This document shows, piece by piece, positions 57,772-64,000 of a DNA stretch of 64,000 nt (position 1 is the first letter of the stretch; every line of letters starts with the position of its first letter). The translations under genes were made by a program, and so were the position numbers. Under the pieces are notes generated by a model, which saw only the letters and a program-made list of their open reading frames with translations, made no database searches and was not told where the DNA came from. The DNA comes from the human T2T-CHM13v2.0 reference genome, Homo sapiens: assembly GCF_009914755.1 (NCBI RefSeq), contig NC_060930.1. One strand, written 5' to 3'.

Positions 57772-60199
57772 ATCATCCATAAATTCAAGATGTACATCTT
57801 AGACAAATGCAAAGGTAGTCATGAGCATTTAATAAATAGAAGCTAGCAGCCAATCTTCAAAAATAAAAACATAGTATTATTGAAAACAGGAAATTTTTCT
57901 AACTGGGGGGCATATGTAATTTAGAAATTATCCTTGAATAAGCAAGTTCTCAGTGGCAAACTGTCATTTATATTCTCTTGATTTTTCCATACAAGCTTCA
58001 ATAGAATAATGTTACCTAGTACCCTTATGTGGTCTGTTTAAGTAAAAGATAAAATAGTAGAACAGTCTCCTGATGTTCACAGTATTCTCATTTCATCTCT
58101 AAAAGATGTGCATCTTTGAATAGCAATTGTGAACACCAAGGTTATCTTCCATGGAGTTTTATTTCTTTTAAACAACTATCTCAATTTTTTATTCTTTATG
58201 TTGTTCATTTCTCTTTCTCAGTGAGAAACCTCCGGTGCCATTTCTTTTTGAGAAATAATTTATTTCTAGTCTGCTGTCAGGACCCTTATCAACTGTTGAG
58301 TGAAATCCATGCCTCCCATAAATCAACTTGATTTAAAATTCCCCTCTGTTTGCTTTCCTTTCTCTTTGCTTCTTTTCTTATTCTTTTTCTTATCTTCCTT
58401 TTTCCACTGTCTTATCTCCTTTTGACTATTCATGGAACAGGTACTTAGACTGGCCATAAACTTATGTGTTAAGGATAATTTTTCCAAGCTGAATTATATT
58501 AGCCATTCAGTGTGATATCCCCAAAGTTCTAACAAGGCAGCACCTCAAAGTCTTGTTCACTAGCTCTATCAGTAGAAACATGATAGGTCAACTATGTAAA
58601 ATCCTCAAGACTTCAGAGTGGCTTATTTCTATTCCTTTGGGAGTTGGAGATAATCGGAACAGTTTTTGGAGATATAGGTAGATTGGCTCTGATTACCACC
58701 TGCCTGTAGGAAAATGGTAAATAAACAAAATTGGACTGGCCTACTGCACTGACAACTAGTCCATAAAAACAGAAGAAACCTGGAGAAAGGCTGTGAACAT
58801 TTAGAGAGCTCTGTTATCTTTCCTCTAAGGAGAAAGAATTTTTCTGTTATTGGGCAGTATCCATTTTAAATGCACACATCTGAAAATCTGACATCGAACA
58901 GATAAGCATTCTACAAAAACTCACAATTCTTCTGTCAATTAAATATTGCAAAGGGACAGAATTGATCATTTTTATTGCCTAGGAATTTAACAGTAATGCA
59001 ATATATGAGCCAATGAATTTGAGTGCTTTAGTTGAAGCCTTTACTGACATGGTTATGCCTTTAGATCCACAGAAGAAATACACACCAGAGGATACCATCA
59101 TACATTCCAGACTATTTGTAACAAAACCCTTTGCTGGTACCTACAGCTTTAATCATTAATTCTGTTAAAAGTGATTTTACTTCTAAGTTATTTCTCATTA
59201 CAAGATTTCAAAAGGCATTAGTATCAATGAGCAAGAGTCATATTTGTTGCATTTAATAATGGTTTCATATTGTTTCCTATTTTTTGAAGGATAATTTGTG
59301 ATTTTCTCACCTAAACAAATTCATCTGTCTTATGTCTTCCTCATTTCCACTGCAACTTTGGAAATTATGACTGTAATGACATGAATCTTGTTAATAGTAA
59401 TTTGAGGTTCTGGATACCCAGTACAGAAATCAATAGAAACAAAGTCCTCATTTCACCCTGCAGAAGCCCTCCTACCCCGGGCAGAGACTCAAGATGGAGC
59501 AGCCAATCTCCTGGGTTGATGTTAAAATCTTCCACTGTTGCTGGGGAGGCGGACATCCTTTCCCTGCATCTCCGTACCCTAAGGTCTGTTGCTCTCTGAT
59601 AGCTCCACCATGATGTGGACTGACATTGGCATGGTTTTTGTTTATGTAATGACTTTTCCAAGACATTCATGTGATTTATTCAAAAAGTTTGCCCATGTGC
59701 CATTTTTCTTTCCTTATCACCTACTTTATTCTAGCTGAGTGGTCTTGACAGTATAATGGGTTTTGTCACAAGTCCAAAAAATGACCTCTTAGTTTCTTAA
59801 ATGATAAATGTACAGTTCTTTTTATTGACTCTTCCAGTGTCCAGGCAAATAGGAGCTGCGGACACATCTACAAGGGCTGGACCAAAGATCAAAGCACAGT
59901 GGCTCTTTCAAGAGTGCTGTTTTTACTTCCAATCAAGGAGTCATTCTGGATAGAAGTCTTCCTTATCCCATCGCCTCTGGTGATGATTAGCTAAGATAAA
60001 AATAAAACACTTAGCCCTTAACATATGGTAAATCTATAATAAATATTATTATCATTCCACATGTATAATTTACTCATTATAAATAGCTTGTTGTAAAGAT
60101 AAGAATATTGGATTTAAATCAAGATTTTAACTCTGCTCCCTATGAAATAATATACAAACCACTTAACCTTGCTTTTTTCCACCCTGACTCTAATCAAGT

Positions 60200-60730
60200 T
60201 TCACCTACAGAAACATTTTAATAGTTTCCCCTGACACCACAGTAAAAGTCCAGATTCCTATGTATGGTGTATAGGACCGTTAACAATATGAGCCCTGATT
60301 TTCCATTTGTATACCCCTGTGACATATTACCACCAACCCATCATGCACTCTAAAATGCAAACTCCATGCTGTTTCATATCTATGACCCTCATGGCATCCC
60401 CCACTTAAAATGCCCTTTTACTTTCCTTTTCAAAATAAAATCTTAGTCACTAAGAACCAGTTGAAATATTCCATGACACTCTATTAGAATCCTCTAGTCA
60501 GTTAGTACCTCTAATATGCTCAAATATAATTCTAGGACATTTATATTTTAGTAACTATGTTGCTCTGGGCATGTTTATTTACCATTTATATCCCTACCAA
60601 AGTTAAGGTTTTCACTTCAGGGTAGAGATTTTATCTTGCCATTTTTATAACCTCAGCAACTGGTACTTTTTATAGCATAAAATCATCCTAAACATTGGTA
60701 GGAGAAAAAAAGTGAGTAAATAAAATGCAT
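60200..60730 (+). mobile_element. L2 3' fragment
   Basis: taaaagtccagattcc, aatgccctt, cagggtagagattttatcttg...cctcagca. Confidence 0.5.
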
Positions 60731-60989
60731 TGTTCCAGGCCTCAAAACTCTCATTTGCAAAATCAGGAGGTTATGTCTATGATTATTTAGGTACACTCTA
60801 TGATGTCAGTTTCTTAATAGTTTTGTTTTAAAAGAGAAATGTTTCAATTTGATTATAATCCATACTTTATTCAACCTAAATAGATTACTAACACACTATA
60901 TTAATTTTATTACATTCACAATGTTATTACTGCAGAACAAACAATATTGAGAACATTTTTAATAAAGGTGTTGATTGAAATAATATGAC

Positions 60990-63170
60990 CCACAGACCTT
61001 CCACTTCAAAGTGGGATGAAGTAGTTTGTGACAAACTAACACTCTTGGAAAGAGTCTTAATTGTACCTGCAAATAAATCCAAGTACATTTTAAGAGGTCC
61101 TTAATTTCAAGGCACCATTGAGCAACAGAAGCAGTGAGTAATGGAGGATCTAAAATTACAGAAAAGAAAAGCTTTAAAGAAATTATCTTAGGAACAGTTA
61201 CCTTTTCCCTGTGGGCAGGCGTTTGCCAGTTCTGAGAATGGGCTGGAATCTGAGATTCAGACTTTGCTAGGAATAGAACTGTGTGTAGGGGACATAAAAC
61301 CCAACAAAGCTTTGGTGGTCATGTGGAGCCAGAGTGACTTAACTGCAGAATTGACAGATCTGAAGACATGACAGGCTTCTTGAGAAATCTGGTGAATGTT
61401 TAAACTATGCAGAACAAGAATTAAAGAATTGAGCTTGAACACCTCTGAAAAGCAGAATGGAAGCTTCTACAATCCCACAGGACTAAAACAAGACTTTCCA
61501 GGGAAATGAGCCCTAGTTACCATACCACATTATCAGTTGGATCCTGTGGAGGGCTATGCTTTGAGAGCATGGAATGAAACAAACATAGATTGAGTCTTAC
61601 TATAACCACAATCCTGCTTTAATTCAAGCCAGCCCCTGATTGAATTAAGGTGGTCAACCTCCCTTCTTTCTGCCAGAAGGATAGTGAATCCTCCCTGGTA
61701 GAAGATACTATCTAGATTCACTACAGTATTTTATACTTGTTGTTCAGCATTCAATCAAAAATTACCACCCAGCCAAAGAGCATGAATAGACATTTCTCAA
61801 AGGAAGGTATACAAATGGCCAAAAAAAAATATGAAAAAAATGCTCCATATAACTTATTATCAGGGGAATGCAAATCAAAACCACAATGTGATACCACCTT
61901 TCTCTTGCAAGAATGACCATAATTAGAAAATCAAAAAAAAATAGATGTTGGCATGCATGTGGTAAAAATGCAACACTTTTACACTGCTGGTGGGAATGTA
62001 AATTAGTACAACCACTATGGAAAACAGTATGACTATTCCTTAAAGAAGTAAAAGTAGATCAACCTTTCAAAGTAGAACGTCCACTGCTGGGTATCTACCC
62101 AAAGGAAAAGAAGTCATTCTATAAAAGACACATACACACATGTTTATAGCAGCACAACTTGCAATTGCAAAAATATGGAACCAACCTAAGTCTTCATCAA
62201 TCAACATGTAGTTAAAGAAAATGTGGTATATACACCCTATAGAATACTACTCAGCCATAAAAATAAACAAAATAATGCCTTTTGCAGGTACTTAGATGAA
62301 ACTAGAGGCCAATATTCTAAGTGAAGTAACTCAGGAATGGAAACCAAATATTGTATGTTCTCAGTTATAGGTGAGAGCTAAGCTATGAGGATGTGAAGTC
62401 GTAATAATGATATAATGGACTTTGGGAACTCAGGGGGAAATGGGGGGGGGCGAGAGACAAAAGACTACATATTGGGTACAGTGTACTCTGCTCGGGTGCT
62501 CTGGGTACACAAAAATCTCAGAAATCACCACTAAGAACTTATTTGTCTAACCAAAAACCACCTGTACCCCCCAAAAGCTATTGAAATAAAAAATAAATAA
62601 ATGAGGAAAAAATTACCACTCATGATTTAGAAAATACCAGATATACACCATATATAAAAGTGATTCATGTATTGGCACTAGCAGTCAAGGACTTTAATTA
62701 TGATTGGTAACGCCAAGAATATAGAGACAAATATAGAGAAAATAGACAAAAAATGGACAATGTAAGAGGATTGAAATCTATAAGAAAAAAGAAGTAGACA
62801 TTCTAAAGCTGATTTTAAAAATATATTGATTTAACAAACCAGTGGGTGAGATTAATAGCACATTAGATATAAGAAAGATTGGTGTTACCAAAAATTAATA
62901 ATTAAAAAGTGTTAAAAGACAGAAGTACAAAAATGAATAACACATAAAGTAATGTAAGCAATATGTGAAATAAAGAGAAAAGATCTAGCATACCTATAAT
63001 TGGAGTTTCAGAATGAGAGGAAAAAGAGAATGAAGCAAACACAATATTTAAGATAAAATGGCCAAGAGTTTCCAAAAGCAGATGAAAGACACTGACACAA
63101 GGATTTAAGAAATTCAGCAAAACATAAGTTTAATACATAAATGTAATATGACTACAGAAAAAACAAAATT
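60990..63170 (+). mobile_element. Old L1M 5'/ORF1 fragments, host to an L1PB 3' end
   Basis: gttcagcattcaatcaaaaattacc; catacctataattggagtttcagaatgagaggaaaaagagaatg. Confidence 0.6.
61769..62607 (+). mobile_element. 5'-truncated L1PB1-like 3' end
   Basis: gaagtaactcaggaatggaaaccaaa...aaaatctcagaaatcaccactaa...ctattgaaataaaa; 12-bp TSD aaaaattaccac (61757-61768, 62608-62619). Confidence 0.92.
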
Positions 63171-63623
63171 ACATTTAAGATTTCTGTCTCCTCTCTTTCT
63201 TCCCTCTTTCTCTATTTTCTTATGGTTTTCACCAGATTATTTTTATTTTTTATTTTAAAGTTACTCACATACTTTAATCCCACCAGACATTTTTCAATTT
63301 CAGTTTAAAGTTTGAAAGACTTTAAGGGTAAACGATCAAATGACACTCAACATCCAATCAAATAGCTATTAACTAAAGCAATTACATTTTATGCCCAGTA
63401 TTCTTTCAGAACACTTAGAAAGCTAAATTAATCAATATATAATAAGTGCTAACATTTTAATTCAAAACTTTTGGAGTAATCCAAGTTTATTAAGACAGTT
63501 TTGCAGCCCAGCTACTTATGATCTACAAGTTGGGGTAGGCTGCAGGGAAAAAGAAGGAGAGTGGCTAAGAAACTGCACTCCACATTTGAAGTTGATAATT
63601 ATGCTTACAGTTCTGAATATCTC

Positions 63624-63988
63624 TGTATTAGTTCATTTTCACACTGCTATAAAGAACTACCTGAGACTGGGTAATTTATTTAAAAAAAAAAGAGAGGTTT
63701 AATTGACTCACAGTTCTGCATGGCTGGGGAGGCCTCAGGAAACTTAAAATCATAGCAGAAGGCAAAGGGGAAGCAAGACACATCTTACATGATGGCAGGT
63801 GGGGCAGGGGCACAGGTGTCACACTTTCAAAACATCAAATCACGAGAGAACTCACTCATTATCATGAGAACAGCATGGGGGAAACCACCCCCATGATCCA
63901 ATCACCTCTCACCAGGTCCCTCCCTCAACACTTGGGGATTACAATTTGAGAAGAGATTTGGGTGGAGACACAAGTCCAAACCATATCA
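63624..63988 (-). mobile_element. THE1D/MSTA-type MaLR solo LTR
   Basis: tgtattagttcattttcacactgctataaagaactacc...ccaaaccatatca; perfect 5-bp TSD atctc. Confidence 0.95.
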
Positions 63989-64000
63989 ATCTCCTATGGG

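Noticed and set aside
59365-59670. 101-aa minus-strand ORF as a protein gene or processed pseudogene
   Set aside because: No recognisable homology or domain, and no tail or TSD; the length is compatible with chance.

Overview
Primate (very probably human) genomic DNA. It is AT-rich, CpG-depleted and dominated by transposable elements: Alu J/S/Y, L1PA/L1PB/L1M, L2, MIR, ERV1/ERVL/MaLR LTRs, and Tigger and piggyBac-derived DNA transposons. No intact host protein-coding gene is recognisable; the long ORF-track peptides are broken L1, Tigger, Alu or LTR frames. Main landmarks: a full-length but inactivated L1PA5-like element (12539-19906) with an LTR12 inserted in its 5'UTR, a full-length Tigger1 nested in an old L1 (24022-26370), a 3'-truncated L1PB nested in an L1MA 3'UTR (40608-42766), and a long L1MA carrying nested Alu, MER2 and LTR12 insertions (about 49800-57007). 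Signals that repeat annotation does not explain: (i) three old, direct-orientation local copies of neighbouring DNA, one flanked by a perfect 23-bp duplication; (ii) two well-formed minus-strand exon candidates, one with recursive-splice-site architecture, lying downstream of the L1 antisense promoter; (iii) a 13-nt 'micro-Alu' with a full target-site duplication (TSD). I cannot identify the locus and do not claim a proven new system. Subfamily names are from memory of consensus sequences and identities are by-eye estimates.
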